Positions 1 to 10,361 of a stretch of DNA of 64,000 bases are shown piece by piece. The translations under genes were made by a program, and so were the position numbers. The notes under the pieces were generated by a model. That model had not been told where the DNA came from and searched no databases. It saw nothing but the letters and a program-made list of their open reading frames with translations. Location of the stretch: contig JBAUGL010000066.1 in NCBI GenBank assembly GCA_049679665.1, positions 3,550 to 67,549 of the forward strand, in the 5' to 3' direction. The stretch is from Pyrinomonadaceae bacterium. Lineage in GTDB: Bacteria; Acidobacteriota; Blastocatellia; Pyrinomonadales; Pyrinomonadaceae. Positions within the stretch are counted from its first letter, which is position 1. Each line of letters opens with the position of its first letter.

Positions 1-680
1 GTGATGGAGATCGCGTCTTGGTTCGAGATTATTTTGCGGTAGATCTGCCGATGGTCGAACTCCGAGGAGACACCGGGCTTTCGCTTACCGAGATTGCCGA
101 GTCGTTTTTTCGACGCTATACGAAGGCGCGAAACGCAAAGTTAGAGATATCGAAACGGATCGAAGTCCTCGAGTCCGAGATCAATCACCTGAGGTTAGAA
201 GCTGATCGGATCGAAGCTTCCATAGAGGCGCGTGAACCTTCGCTTTTGGCCGATTCCGTCGATCAGCCCGATGTTCAAGCACGGAGATCGCACAAGAAAA
301 CGGCTGGCCCGTACGCTGGCGCCCGGCAATTCTTTTCTTCTGAGGGATTCGAAATACTCGTCGGCAAAAAGGCAAAGGACAACGATTATCTAACGTTTCG
401 CGTCGCGAAATCACTTGATACTTGGCTGCATGCCGCCGACTATCCAGGGTCACACGTAGTTATTCGCAATCCGAACCGCGCCGAGATCCCGCAAAAAACG
501 CTTCTCGAAGCCGCCGAACTCGCGGCATTCTACAGCACAGCCAGATCTCAGCCCAAAGCAGCTGTAAACTATACGCAGAAAAAATTTGTAAATAAGCCGC
601 GAGGCGCAGCGCCCGGCCTCGTTAGCCTATCGAGTTTCAAGACAATACTTGTCGAACCGAAGGTCTCGACGGCTCAGTGA
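1..680 (+). CDS. C-terminal part of an RqcH/FbpA-like NFACT protein (NFACT-R / DUF814 domain); 5' end lies outside the window
   Basis: Reading frame is open to the window edge. FFSSEGFEILVGKKAKDNDYLTF...ADYPGSHVVIRNP matches the DUF814/NFACT-R signature, preceded by a coiled-coil-like stretch. Confidence 0.7.
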   Translation, partial: DGDRVLVRDYFAVDLPMVELRGDTGLSLTEIAESFFRRYTKARNAKLEISKRIEVLESEINHLRLEADRIEASIEAREPSLLADSVDQPDVQARRSHKKTAGPYAGARQFFSSEGFEILVGKKAKDNDYLTFRVAKSLDTWLHAADYPGSHVVIRNPNRAEIPQKTLLEAAELAAFYSTARSQPKAAVNYTQKKFVNKPRGAAPGLVSLSSFKTILVEPKVSTAQ

Positions 681-785
681 TAGGTGACCTTCGACACTCC
701 GACGCGGGATGGAGATCATTGAAGTATAAGGGTTAGTTCAGCGGCCAACCTGCACTGATTCTTGAAGTACCAAAAAAAGAAAGCG

Positions 786-1409
786 CTATTCGGAAACGAC
801 CTCTGCGACGAGAGCTTTCATATGTTCGATATCCTTGGGATTTGCGCCGCGGAAAACGCCACGCAAGTGTCCCTCACGATCGACAATAAAGCTCTGTGGA
901 ATACCGCCGAAACGGCTGATCTTTACGAGTTCGTTCTGTGTCGCAGAATCGATCCATACGAGCGGATAGTTTAACTTCATATCCGCGGCAAATTTCTCGA
1001 TTTGAGCTATAGGTTCATTATCCGTGTTCAGGCCAATGACTTCAAAGCCTTTATCTTGATGCTGTTCATGCATTTGAACAAGTGAGGGCATTTCAGCACG
1101 GCACGGCCCGCACCACGTCGCCCACATATTGAGAAGGATAACTTTTCCTTTCTTGTCATTGATCGTAAACGTCGAGCCGTCAAGATTTTTCAACGAGGCC
1201 GTTGCCACCGCGGACGCTATTGGCGGGTATTCAGATGACTTCGATTTCCGGGCAGCGCCCGCGGAGGTATCTGATGCCGGCCCCTCGGTGCTGGATAGCG
1301 AGTCCGAAGATTGCTGTGAATTCGCCGTGTCCGAACAAGCCGTTAGCGCCGAAAACGCCATGGAAAATACGACGAATAAAACTAGGTTCGAAAATATTGC
1401 TCTCATCAT
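786..1409 (-). CDS. TlpA/ResA-family thiol-disulfide oxidoreductase, lipoprotein
   Basis: Thioredoxin active site WATWCGPCRAEMP. Hydrophobic N-terminus ends in the lipobox LTAC. Start placed at ATG 1409, 10 nt after the upstream ABC gene stop; the ORF track starts at 1430. Confidence 0.85.
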   Translation of the reverse strand: MMRAIFSNLVLFVVFSMAFSALTACSDTANSQQSSDSLSSTEGPASDTSAGAARKSKSSEYPPIASAVATASLKNLDGSTFTINDKKGKVILLNMWATWCGPCRAEMPSLVQMHEQHQDKGFEVIGLNTDNEPIAQIEKFAADMKLNYPLVWIDSATQNELVKISRFGGIPQSFIVDREGHLRGVFRGANPKDIEHMKALVAEVVSE

Positions 1410-1419
1410 TCTTGTATAA

Positions 1420-4400
1420 TTATTGCACATCCTGCAGCCGCAAGACTATTAGCGTAACTGACGCCAATATACAAAACATCAGAATCAACACGATCTGATT
1501 CAAAACCTCGTGCATCCACGGATGGAGGAATGAAATGTAGTGGCTAAGGTCGGCAGGTATCTCTTTCGCGGGCGAGATGGGTGGTGGTTCTTCGGGACGC
1601 GGGATCGCCGGATTCGCGCCGCTCCTTAATTCGGTGTCATATCGGCGAAATTGCTCCTCGGCATCTCGTTTGAAACTTTCAAAATTCGATCGAGCTTCGT
1701 CTACGGACTTCTGATTTTCCGATGCGATGAATCTAAATAGCCCCAGGCCGCCTGTCTTTCCCCGCGGATCAGCCCCTTCCGGTTCCAGTGTGTCTAGCGT
1801 CGAGAAGCGCTTTATGGTGTCGAAGGACCACGCCGCCGGCATTGCGAGCCCGGCTACCCTGCTCAATCCCGACGGAACACCCATGAGTCCGCCGAAGAGT
1901 ATTTGCGGGATCAATATCAACGGAACAAGGCTAGTCGCCATTTGTTGCGTATTTACAAGCGCTGAGATAAGAAGCCCGAGCGCAATGCCGACACTCGCCG
2001 TCAGGAGCATCGCCCACAATTGCGGCATTCCCAGCATCTCGCCGGGCATCCGCATCAAACCCGTTAGATCAAAAAACTTCAGCGGAATGAAGAGTAACAG
2101 GCACTGCAGGGTAACGATCGTGCCGATCACAACGAGCTTTGAAGCGAGGTATGGCACCACGCCCAAATTGACCATTCGCTCGCGTTGATAGATCGGACGT
2201 TCCCGAATTACCTCTCGCGCCGACACGCTAGTCCCGAACCAAAACGCGGTAAGCGACAAAACAAAGTATACAAAGTCGCGCGGCTGATCATTCTCGACCA
2301 CCAGATAAGTCATCAATGCGATGATCGGAGCCTGTGCGAAAAGAATAAAAAGGTTGAGCTTATCGCGAAACAGTATTTCCAGATAACGCCTCGAAAGCGT
2401 CATCGTCTGCCGAACCGTACCGAAAATACCCAACCGCCTTTTCTTGTGGATCGCGGTCGCTTCGAGCCCTATGAGCTCCTTCAATGGTTCTGCAATGTAT
2501 TCGTGATAATACGGGGTCGCAATAAATTTCTGCTTCCATTGCTCCGCGGATACCAACGAATTCTCAATTGCAACTTTTCCTTCGCTTACTGCAGGCAATT
2601 CGATCGGGTCTTCCAGGCGATCATAAAGATCCGCGAAAGTGGCCGCATCGAAATGTGACAATGCTTCATCGGGCTTTCCATAGAACACCAGCTTTCCGTT
2701 CATCAGCACCACGACCTTATCGAACAACCGCAAATTCTCCATCGTGTGCGTTGTCATTATTACGGTTCGGCCAGATTCCGCGATCTGGTGGAATAACTGC
2801 ATTATCCGTTCCGCCGCAGCCGGATCGAGTCCTGATGTGGGCTCATCCAGAAATATGACTGACGGCCGCGTGATAAGCTCAACCCCGATTGAAACTCGCT
2901 TTCTCTGGCCGCCGGAGAGCTGTTCGATCCGCATTCCACGCTGGTCACGGAGGCCCGTCACGTCGAGCACTTCATCAATGCTACGGTTGATCTCCGCCGT
3001 TGAAACGTCGCGTGAGAGCCTTAGTCGCGCGACATAATACAATGCACTATGAACCGTGAGTTCACGGTGTATTACGTCGTCCTGTGGTACATATCCTATC
3101 GCCTGTTTGAGTGAATCGATATATCGATATAGATCACGATTGTTTACCAATACGTTTCCGCTACCGGTGGGACGCATCCCGCTCATCGCATCCATCAGAG
3201 TCGATTTTCCAGCACCCGAGGGTCCCAATATGCCAACGAATTCGTTGGGCTGAATCGAGAGCGAAACATCATCGAGCAGGCGAAGAGTACCCCCACTCGC
3301 TCGGCTCTTTACGACCTTTGTAATTCTTACGGCATCGATTCTCGTTTTCGCGCGAGTATCGAACACGCCGATGTGCCCGGACTGGTCTATCTGCAGCAGA
3401 AATGAACCGATGTGAACGAAATCGCGCGGATTGATGACGGATCGAGAGATGCGTTTGCCGTTCACGTAAACGCCGTTAGTGGAGTTTAGGTCATCGATCA
3501 CTACGTCCGAGCCATTCTTGGTCAAGCGTGCGTGGCGGTTCGAGATCTGCAGGCCGTCGAGCCGAATATCACATGTACCGTCGCGGCCAATAAGAAGTGC
3601 ATTCTTATTGCCGAATCCAAGCGTCATCAGGAGTTGAGGTTTGATTTCCGTTGTGATTCGACGGTGCTCCTTGTCGAGCTTTATGACCATCGTCTTGGAT
3701 ATCATTTCCTCAAACCGGTCGGCTGATACAGATAGCTGGCTGCTCTCAACAGCTCGCTGACCCGCGCGACTCGCTCCCTTTGGCGCCGGCTGCAGCGGAG
3801 ATTTGAACCGGAGCACTGGCCCGCCGTATCCGAGTTGTATCTCATCGCCGTCATACAAGGGGGTCGGCGTCACGATCCGCTGTCCGTTAATCAGGGTTCC
3901 GTTGAAACTGTTGTTGTCGTACACCAAATACCGATCACTGTCCCTACGAATCTCGGCGTGCTTTCGCGAGACCATCACATCGGATGACTCAAAATTGATC
4001 TCACAGACGCCGTCGCGCCCCATAAACACGCTCGGGCTCTCCAGTTTGAACGGTTGAATTCCCATCGAACTGGGCAATTCCAGGACTGCAACGTCCGGAC
4101 CACCCGCGGCGTGCGAATTCAGTGTAGAACTTTGAGCAACAGGTTCGCTCGGCGATGGCGCCGGAGCAGCGTTTATTTCCGAGGGTAATTCGAACCACAC
4201 TACGTTCAAGATCGGGCCGTTTGTGCCGAATCGTATTTGATCACCGACGCTAAGCGTCGTCGTCGAACCTAATAGGCGGGTTTCATTGAGAAACGTGCCA
4301 AAGCTCGAATTCTGGTCAGCGATGACCCACAAGCCATCGTGCCACCTCAATTCGGCATGTTTCCTGGAAACCATTGGGAAATGAGCGCCGTCGAAAATCA

Positions 4401-4503
4401 CATCGCATTCTGCGGCTTCGCGGCCGATCACGATAACGGCTTTACTGAAGGCGCGTTCGGTCGACCGGCCCTCGTAAACTTTTTCAGCTAGGACTATGTT
4501 CAT
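1420..4503 (-). CDS. ABC exporter (ATPase + ABC-2 type permease fused) with three N-terminal FHA domains
   Basis: Three FHA modules (GREAAECDV...SRKHAEL, GRDGVCEI...SRKHAEI, GRDGTCDI...SNRHARL). Walker A GPSGAGKST, signature LSGGQRKR, Walker B IFLDEPTSGLD, and a multi-TM C-terminal half. Confidence 0.9.
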   Translation of the reverse strand: MNIVLAEKVYEGRSTERAFSKAVIVIGREAAECDVIFDGAHFPMVSRKHAELRWHDGLWVIADQNSSFGTFLNETRLLGSTTTLSVGDQIRFGTNGPILNVVWFELPSEINAAPAPSPSEPVAQSSTLNSHAAGGPDVAVLELPSSMGIQPFKLESPSVFMGRDGVCEINFESSDVMVSRKHAEIRRDSDRYLVYDNNSFNGTLINGQRIVTPTPLYDGDEIQLGYGGPVLRFKSPLQPAPKGASRAGQRAVESSQLSVSADRFEEMISKTMVIKLDKEHRRITTEIKPQLLMTLGFGNKNALLIGRDGTCDIRLDGLQISNRHARLTKNGSDVVIDDLNSTNGVYVNGKRISRSVINPRDFVHIGSFLLQIDQSGHIGVFDTRAKTRIDAVRITKVVKSRASGGTLRLLDDVSLSIQPNEFVGILGPSGAGKSTLMDAMSGMRPTGSGNVLVNNRDLYRYIDSLKQAIGYVPQDDVIHRELTVHSALYYVARLRLSRDVSTAEINRSIDEVLDVTGLRDQRGMRIEQLSGGQRKRVSIGVELITRPSVIFLDEPTSGLDPAAAERIMQLFHQIAESGRTVIMTTHTMENLRLFDKVVVLMNGKLVFYGKPDEALSHFDAATFADLYDRLEDPIELPAVSEGKVAIENSLVSAEQWKQKFIATPYYHEYIAEPLKELIGLEATAIHKKRRLGIFGTVRQTMTLSRRYLEILFRDKLNLFILFAQAPIIALMTYLVVENDQPRDFVYFVLSLTAFWFGTSVSAREVIRERPIYQRERMVNLGVVPYLASKLVVIGTIVTLQCLLLFIPLKFFDLTGLMRMPGEMLGMPQLWAMLLTASVGIALGLLISALVNTQQMATSLVPLILIPQILFGGLMGVPSGLSRVAGLAMPAAWSFDTIKRFSTLDTLEPEGADPRGKTGGLGLFRFIASENQKSVDEARSNFESFKRDAEEQFRRYDTELRSGANPAIPRPEEPPPISPAKEIPADLSHYISFLHPWMHEVLNQIVLILMFCILASVTLIVLRLQDVQ

Positions 4504-4507
4504 TTCA

Positions 4508-4538
4508 AACGAAAAGGCGTAGGAAAACCCCTACGCCC
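4508..4538 (-). terminator. Putative intrinsic terminator/attenuator between the kinase and FHA-ABC genes
   Basis: On the minus strand the stem GGCGTAGG/CCTACGCC (4516-4523 with 4530-4537) has a 6-nt loop and is followed by TTTTCGTTT. Confidence 0.5.
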
Positions 4539-4563
4539 TTGAAAACAACATCGACTTCGCGAC

Positions 4564-6822
4564 CTAGTTCGAGGTAACGAGCCGGAAACCGAGCCCGGGG
4601 CTTCGTGTACTAGCCTTCAGGTCCGCGCGAAATGTCGAATTTATAGCATTATCGCCGGTCGACTTGTATATCGCCCCGCCGCCGCGCACCATGTAAAATG
4701 GCTCCTTAGAATCCGCACGCTCCTGTGCGGTATTTCCTGGATATAGGGTCGCATCCGAGCTCGTCCATTCAAACACATTCCCGATAAGGTCCTGAACACC
4801 CCAATCATTCGGACATGATTTGGTACCAACCTTTGCGGGTTCATTCTGCCCAGTATCAAGTACCGCACATTTGCCATCAAATGTGTCGCCCCATGGATAG
4901 AGATCGTTCTTGTTTCCGTTGCGCGCAGCAAACTCCCATTCTTTTTCGGTCGGCAGGCGATATTCCACAGAGTCTCGCTTTGATCGCCAGACAATAAACG
5001 CCCTAATATCCTCTACATTGACATAACGGACAGGGAGAAGTTCCTGACCCGCGATCGGTTTATCGTTCTCCCAGTGCGCAAGAAACTTCTCAACGTCCGC
5101 AGGCGAGTAGCCGGACTCTTTCATGAATTCAAAAAACTCACCATTTGTTACTTCTGTGGTATCCATTCGGAACGGCGACACTTCAGCCGTATGCTCTGGC
5201 CGCGCATTCTGCGGGCCCTCGTTTCGTCCCATTCTGAATGATCCGCCAGGTATGAGGATCAATTCAGGCTTGAACTGCGAAACCGCCGGCGTTTCAACCA
5301 CGTTCGGCGTTGGTGTCGGTTTTTCGCCGCCGATATATCCAGTAACGTAAGCGCCCCCGATACCGGCGACAGCAAGCGCGACTAAACCCAGCACGCTCGT
5401 TAAGGTGATCGCTAAGGGCGAAAATATCGACTTTTTCGGCGCCTCCGATTCGACCAATTGAGCTTGGTTTCCTGTTTGCCAATTTGCCTGCGACGTTTCG
5501 ACCGCCGACGGATGCGACCGGTGCGTCTGTTGATATTGTGTTGCCGCCTCCAGCATTGTTTCCGGAGCAGGTATCGCCCCGGTCGTTGCCGGTTTTGGAA
5601 TCGCTGGCATCGATGGATACGATACATCACCTTCATTTCGAAGTTGTGCCATCACCTCCTGAGGTTGACCGTCGCAAACAACATCGCCCTGCCAATCCCT
5701 AAAGCCTGGGTGGCTGATCCGAAGGTGGTGGTTGCCGCTCTGGATACCTTCGAGCAGCAGCCAGCCGTTATCCCGAGTCTCACCAACGTGCACGTTATCG
5801 ACAAAAACCCGCGATACTGGCGGGTGTGTACGGATCCGCAGCGACGATACTGGCAAGGCAGTACCCGTCGTGTGCAGGCCCGCAGGCGAAACCGCCTCGA
5901 CAAATTCCCGGACAAGCGCTTCAACTGATGGTGTTCGCGTCGACTGGTCCTTATGAAGCGTATGACGGACGACCTCTTCAACTTCGGGAGGCATTCGGAT
6001 ACCGTATTCGGCAAATGTCGGCGGCGGGTCGCTAATGTGCTTTTTCATTATCGCCGGAATGGACGATCCCTTGAATGGGACGTCGCCGGCCAGCATCTGA
6101 AATAGCATCACGCCGATCGAATAGACATCTGAACGCGAATCCGGATCATCGTCGGCCCATTGTTCAGGCGCCATATAATACGGCGAACCCATTAATCCAG
6201 TAGTTTGCGCTTGTATGAAAGAGCCAAGCAGCTCACCCGATTTTATTTTCGCGAGGCCAAAATCGAGTATCTTTACCGCATGCGATATATCGGGTTTGTC
6301 CCGGCAGATCATTACATTCAGCGGCTTTAGGTCGCGGTGGACAATTCCCTGGTGATGGGCGGCTCCAACACCGGCACATATAGCCGACGTCAACTCCAAG
6401 GCCCGTTCGGGCGAAAGGGCGCCCTCACGGGTCAACAGATCGTGGAGAGACTCGCCATCCACGTACTCCATTACAAGAAATGGAATATTACCGTCGATCA
6501 CGCCATAATCGGACACGCCAACAACGTTTTGATGTCGGATTGCGGCCGCCGCTAGCGCTTCCTGCCGAAACCGTGTTACAAGCTGCGGATCGTTGCCGAC
6601 GAGATCCGGGAGTATTATCTTTATCGCATGAAGGGTTTTTAGGTAAGCATGACGTGACCGATACACGATCCCCATGCCGCCTTGACCGATGCGCGACTCC
6701 AGATGATACTTTCCCTCAAGGACCGGCTCGCCGTTGAGCGTGTGCACCGTTGGCATTCCGTCATTCGGGCAAGGATTGACGTCATCGGAAAAGCAATTTT
6801 TACAAAGCTGACACTCTCTCAT
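4564..6822 (-). CDS. Ser/Thr protein kinase with N-terminal Cys-rich motif, one TM segment and C-terminal FGE-sulfatase (SUMF1/EgtB-like) domain
   Basis: Hanks kinase motifs GQGGMGIVY, HRDLKPLNVM, DFGLAK, SPYYMAPE. TM segment IFSPLAITLTSVLGLVALAVAGIGGAYV. C-terminal FGE-type motifs (GNVFEWTSS, RGGG). ATG at 6822 preferred over GTG at 6849. Confidence 0.9.
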   Translation of the reverse strand: MRECQLCKNCFSDDVNPCPNDGMPTVHTLNGEPVLEGKYHLESRIGQGGMGIVYRSRHAYLKTLHAIKIILPDLVGNDPQLVTRFRQEALAAAAIRHQNVVGVSDYGVIDGNIPFLVMEYVDGESLHDLLTREGALSPERALELTSAICAGVGAAHHQGIVHRDLKPLNVMICRDKPDISHAVKILDFGLAKIKSGELLGSFIQAQTTGLMGSPYYMAPEQWADDDPDSRSDVYSIGVMLFQMLAGDVPFKGSSIPAIMKKHISDPPPTFAEYGIRMPPEVEEVVRHTLHKDQSTRTPSVEALVREFVEAVSPAGLHTTGTALPVSSLRIRTHPPVSRVFVDNVHVGETRDNGWLLLEGIQSGNHHLRISHPGFRDWQGDVVCDGQPQEVMAQLRNEGDVSYPSMPAIPKPATTGAIPAPETMLEAATQYQQTHRSHPSAVETSQANWQTGNQAQLVESEAPKKSIFSPLAITLTSVLGLVALAVAGIGGAYVTGYIGGEKPTPTPNVVETPAVSQFKPELILIPGGSFRMGRNEGPQNARPEHTAEVSPFRMDTTEVTNGEFFEFMKESGYSPADVEKFLAHWENDKPIAGQELLPVRYVNVEDIRAFIVWRSKRDSVEYRLPTEKEWEFAARNGNKNDLYPWGDTFDGKCAVLDTGQNEPAKVGTKSCPNDWGVQDLIGNVFEWTSSDATLYPGNTAQERADSKEPFYMVRGGGAIYKSTGDNAINSTFRADLKASTRSPGLGFRLVTSN

Positions 6823-7019
6823 TATTGTTTCAGACCTGCCCCGGTGCACTTCTGGAGTTCAAACACATAATACTTAGACAATTTTATTGCGGCATTTTTG
6901 CAACTTTTCTTCTAATTGATTTTAGTTTTTTTACGTATTTCAAGCAAGCATAAACGTTACGGGCCCATTAAGAATCGGCTCAAGATACCGCGCCGGGAAC
7001 TATTCCGCGCTCGACGCTG

Positions 7020-9665
7020 TTACCCTTTTAATACAATATTTATGAGCCGTCGCGGAACTATGATCACCTTGGCTACGTCACGTCCTTCGATGTATTCCCT
7101 TACCTTTTCGTCAGCAAACGCCATTTCACGAAGATCCTCGTTCGGCGTCTCAACGCCGGCATAAATGCGCGAACGTAGTTTTCCATTTATCTGGACTGGA
7201 AACTCGATCTCGTCGGCAGCAGCAAGATCCTCGCGATATTCGGGAAAACGAGCGTGGTTGGCGAGCATTCCGTCATGGTTCCCTATGATGACAGCGTAGA
7301 TCTCCTCCGAAATATGCGGGGCAAACGGTGCAAGCATCAGGACAAGGCTTGTAACGGCTTCTTTTATCGCAAGTCTGTCTTCGTCAGTCGCGTCGACAGG
7401 TTCTACCTTGATATTGTAAAGCGCGTTGCAAAGTTCCATAAGTGCCGCAACCGGCGTATTAAACTGAAGTGATTCAAGATTCTCCTCGATCCGTTTGATG
7501 GTTTGGTGCGTTTTTTGCCGCAGATTCCTTGCCGATTCTCCGGACGGACGGTCGGCCATTTCACTAAAACCTGCTGCGGATCCGACCGAGTCCCGCCATT
7601 TCCAAACGAATCGCCAGACACGCTGCAGAAATCGAACGGCTCCCTCGATCCCAGCTTCGTTCCAAACCAGTTCATTCTCGACCGGGGCAGCGAAAAGTAT
7701 GAACAGGCGAGTAGCATCGGCTCCATAGATCTCGACCATTTCGTCAGGATCGACGCCATTGCCCTTTGATTTCGACATTCGCTCGATCGCAAACTTCAGC
7801 GGCTGGCCCGCCGACGAAACCGCGTGGACGATCTTTCCTTTAGCATCTCGCTCGACCGTCACGTCGACCGGCGAATGATAGACCCGCTTGCCCGACTCAT
7901 CTGAAAAAAACGTCTCGCCTACGACCATCCCCTGTGTCAGCAGCCGCTTTATGGGCTCATCGAACTTAACGAGCCCGAGTTCCTGCATTACTTTCGTCCA
8001 AAAACGAGTGTAGATCAGGTGCATCACGGCGTGGTCGTCGCCGCCTATATACTGATCGACCGGTGTCCAGTATTCGGCGATCTCCGGCTCAAAGGGCAAC
8101 GCAGAATTATGCGGATCGGTGTATCTGAAATAGTACCAGCATGAGTCCACGAAGGTATCCATCGTGTCCGTTTCACGTTTTGCATCGCCTCCGCAATCCG
8201 GACAAACCGCATTATAAAACTCCGGAACCTTCGCCAATGGCGATTCACCGGTGCCGGTAAGCGGAGCCGTGTCGGGCAATTCGACCGGAAGGTTTTCGTA
8301 TTTTTCGGGGATAATGCCGCACTTGTCGCAATAAAGGATAGGTATCGGTGATCCCCAATACCGCTGACGAGATATGCCCCAATCACGAAGGCGATAAGTC
8401 GTTGCCGCTTCACCAAAGCCTTTCGTCTCAACGAATTCCGTCATTTCGGCGATCGCGTCTTCGCTTGTTTTTCCGTTCCAATTATCCGAATTTACCAGAT
8501 TGCCGTACCCGGTAAACGCCTGCTCCGGCGCTACGGCTTGCGTCACGTGAGGGTTTTCGATGAGGTGCGATTCTGCGATGACTTGCCGGATCGGCAAGCT
8601 GAAGGTCTTTGCGAACTCAAAATCGCGTTCATCGTGGGCAGGAACGCTCATCACGGCTCCAGTGCCGTATTCCATCATCACGTAATTCCCAACCCAAACC
8701 GATATAACTTCTCCGCTAAAGGGGTTTAGGGCCTTTAGGCCAGTGTCGATACCATCCTTTTCAATCTCTTTCTCACGATCCGCGGGCTTTAGTTTTTCGG
8801 CCCGCATATGTTCGATCTTTTTGATCACCGTCTGCGGAAAAGCCTGCAAATTGTTGTTAATGATCGGGTGTTCAGCGGCGACAACGATAGCGTTGGCCCC
8901 GTAAATCGTATCGATCCGCGTCGTAAATACCCGAACCCGTTCCGAGTCCCCTTCGATCTCGAAATCCACGAAGGCTCCCCGTGAACGACCGATCCAATCC
9001 CGCTGTCGCTTTAGAACGTTATCGGGCCAGCCTGTCTCGATCTTGGAAGCGCCGTCTAATAATCGATCTGCGAAAGCAGTCGTCTTCAGAAACCACTGTT
9101 CCAGATCTTTTTTCGTCACCGGATTTCCGCATCGCCAACATAAGCCGCCACTTGCCTGTTCGTTCGAAAGGGTCGCCTGGTCGGTTTCGCACCAATTTAC
9201 CTGCGTCATCCTTTTGTATGCGAGGCCCTTCTCGTACATCTTCAGGAAAAACCACTGGTCGAATTTGTAGTATTCCGGCCGGTGCGCGTACATCTGCCGC
9301 CGCCAATCATAGCTGAGTCCGAGGCGTTCGAGTTGACCGCGCATTGTTTGAATATTATTCTCGGTCCATTCCTTCGGATTGACACCGCGTTTGACCGCAG
9401 CGTCCTCGGCGGGCTGACCAAACGAATCCCATCCGATCGGATGCAGGACGTTGAAGCCTCGCAGTCTTTTGTACCACGCCACGACGTCGCCGACTGAATA
9501 GTTCCGCACGTGCCCCATATGGAGATTACCCGAGGGATATGGGAGCATTTCCAACTGGTAAAACTTCGGAGCCAAACCGTCCACTTCGGCCTCGAAAACA
9601 CCGCTCGCGGCCCATTTCTTTTGCCACTTTTCTTCAATTAGCTTTGCGAAATACTTCTCGTCCAT
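7020..9665 (-). CDS. leuS: Leucine--tRNA ligase
   Basis: Class I HIGH variant HMGHVRNY, KMSKS motif KMSKSKGN, and LeuRS-typical length and editing-domain region. ATG at 9665; the ORF track TTG is at 9677. Confidence 0.97.
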   Translation of the reverse strand: MDEKYFAKLIEEKWQKKWAASGVFEAEVDGLAPKFYQLEMLPYPSGNLHMGHVRNYSVGDVVAWYKRLRGFNVLHPIGWDSFGQPAEDAAVKRGVNPKEWTENNIQTMRGQLERLGLSYDWRRQMYAHRPEYYKFDQWFFLKMYEKGLAYKRMTQVNWCETDQATLSNEQASGGLCWRCGNPVTKKDLEQWFLKTTAFADRLLDGASKIETGWPDNVLKRQRDWIGRSRGAFVDFEIEGDSERVRVFTTRIDTIYGANAIVVAAEHPIINNNLQAFPQTVIKKIEHMRAEKLKPADREKEIEKDGIDTGLKALNPFSGEVISVWVGNYVMMEYGTGAVMSVPAHDERDFEFAKTFSLPIRQVIAESHLIENPHVTQAVAPEQAFTGYGNLVNSDNWNGKTSEDAIAEMTEFVETKGFGEAATTYRLRDWGISRQRYWGSPIPILYCDKCGIIPEKYENLPVELPDTAPLTGTGESPLAKVPEFYNAVCPDCGGDAKRETDTMDTFVDSCWYYFRYTDPHNSALPFEPEIAEYWTPVDQYIGGDDHAVMHLIYTRFWTKVMQELGLVKFDEPIKRLLTQGMVVGETFFSDESGKRVYHSPVDVTVERDAKGKIVHAVSSAGQPLKFAIERMSKSKGNGVDPDEMVEIYGADATRLFILFAAPVENELVWNEAGIEGAVRFLQRVWRFVWKWRDSVGSAAGFSEMADRPSGESARNLRQKTHQTIKRIEENLESLQFNTPVAALMELCNALYNIKVEPVDATDEDRLAIKEAVTSLVLMLAPFAPHISEEIYAVIIGNHDGMLANHARFPEYREDLAAADEIEFPVQINGKLRSRIYAGVETPNEDLREMAFADEKVREYIEGRDVAKVIIVPRRLINIVLKG

Positions 9666-9916
9666 ATTTGCCGTCAATTCAACGATGCTATCTCGATTGC
9701 CGATAACTAGTGTATTTTAGCGGATACGCTATACCCTTCCAATTCCTCAAAAACGTCCGTTTGTAATCTGGGTTAGAGTGACGCCACGCACGATATGAAT
9801 TCTCATGCTGCTGGCTAGCTAAGGGCGAGATAGTATCGGCCTGTGATCATTTTTCAAGTTTACGGCAACGTCTGTCCCATGTCCACAGTTTCATTGTTAT
9901 TTACAGCAAATTTCCT

Positions 9917-9944
9917 TTGATTTCTGCAAAGTCTTTGTGATATT
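9917..9944 (+). promoter_or_regulatory. Candidate sigma70-type promoter (TTGATT-N16-TGnGATATT)
   Basis: -35-like TTGATT at 9917-9922 and extended -10-like TGTGATATT at 9936-9944, inside the roughly 400-bp non-coding gap upstream of the 10078 ORF and the HEAT gene. Pattern match only. Confidence 0.25.
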
Positions 9945-10077
9945 CTGACAAAACCTTTTCCGTTAGGAGAATTACCAACGAGAATCTTGATGACAAGAAA
10001 AAACGTTTTGCGGATGGTCGATACATAAAGCATTGAGGTGCGGTTTGACTGTCTGCCGAAAAGGTAAGGAGGCAGTA

Positions 10078-10320
10078 ATGATGGTCAACCGAATCGACGC
10101 ACGAATCTCTGACGAAAAAGATAGACTCAACGAGAACGATACCGCCGCCGTATTGACGTACATAAGCGATCTCAAATCAACCCGAAGACCGACGTCAAAG
10201 GACAACACATTAAACGACGACCTGATCATGTATTTATCGGACGCGTACGAGAACAAACGCGACCGGCAGGTTGCGGAATGGGAGCGGCTGCGAAGGGTCA
10301 ACGTACAGCGGGCCATGTGA
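10078..10320 (+). CDS. Small hypothetical protein (80 aa)
   Basis: AGGAGG Shine-Dalgarno sequence 7 nt upstream of ATG 10078. Composition is protein-like, unlike the S/R/L-rich antisense ORF 9972-10316. Confidence 0.4.
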   Translation: MMVNRIDARISDEKDRLNENDTAAVLTYISDLKSTRRPTSKDNTLNDDLIMYLSDAYENKRDRQVAEWERLRRVNVQRAM

Positions 10321-10361
10321 AATTGTTCCCCGTTTTTGAATGGATAAAGGGAAAACGCTCG

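Noticed and set aside
9972-10316. 114-aa minus-strand ORF in the leuS upstream gap
   Set aside because: Its S/R/L-rich composition is not protein-like and it has no Shine-Dalgarno sequence. The plus-strand ORF from ATG 10078 has an AGGAGG site and a more plausible composition, though it too is low confidence.
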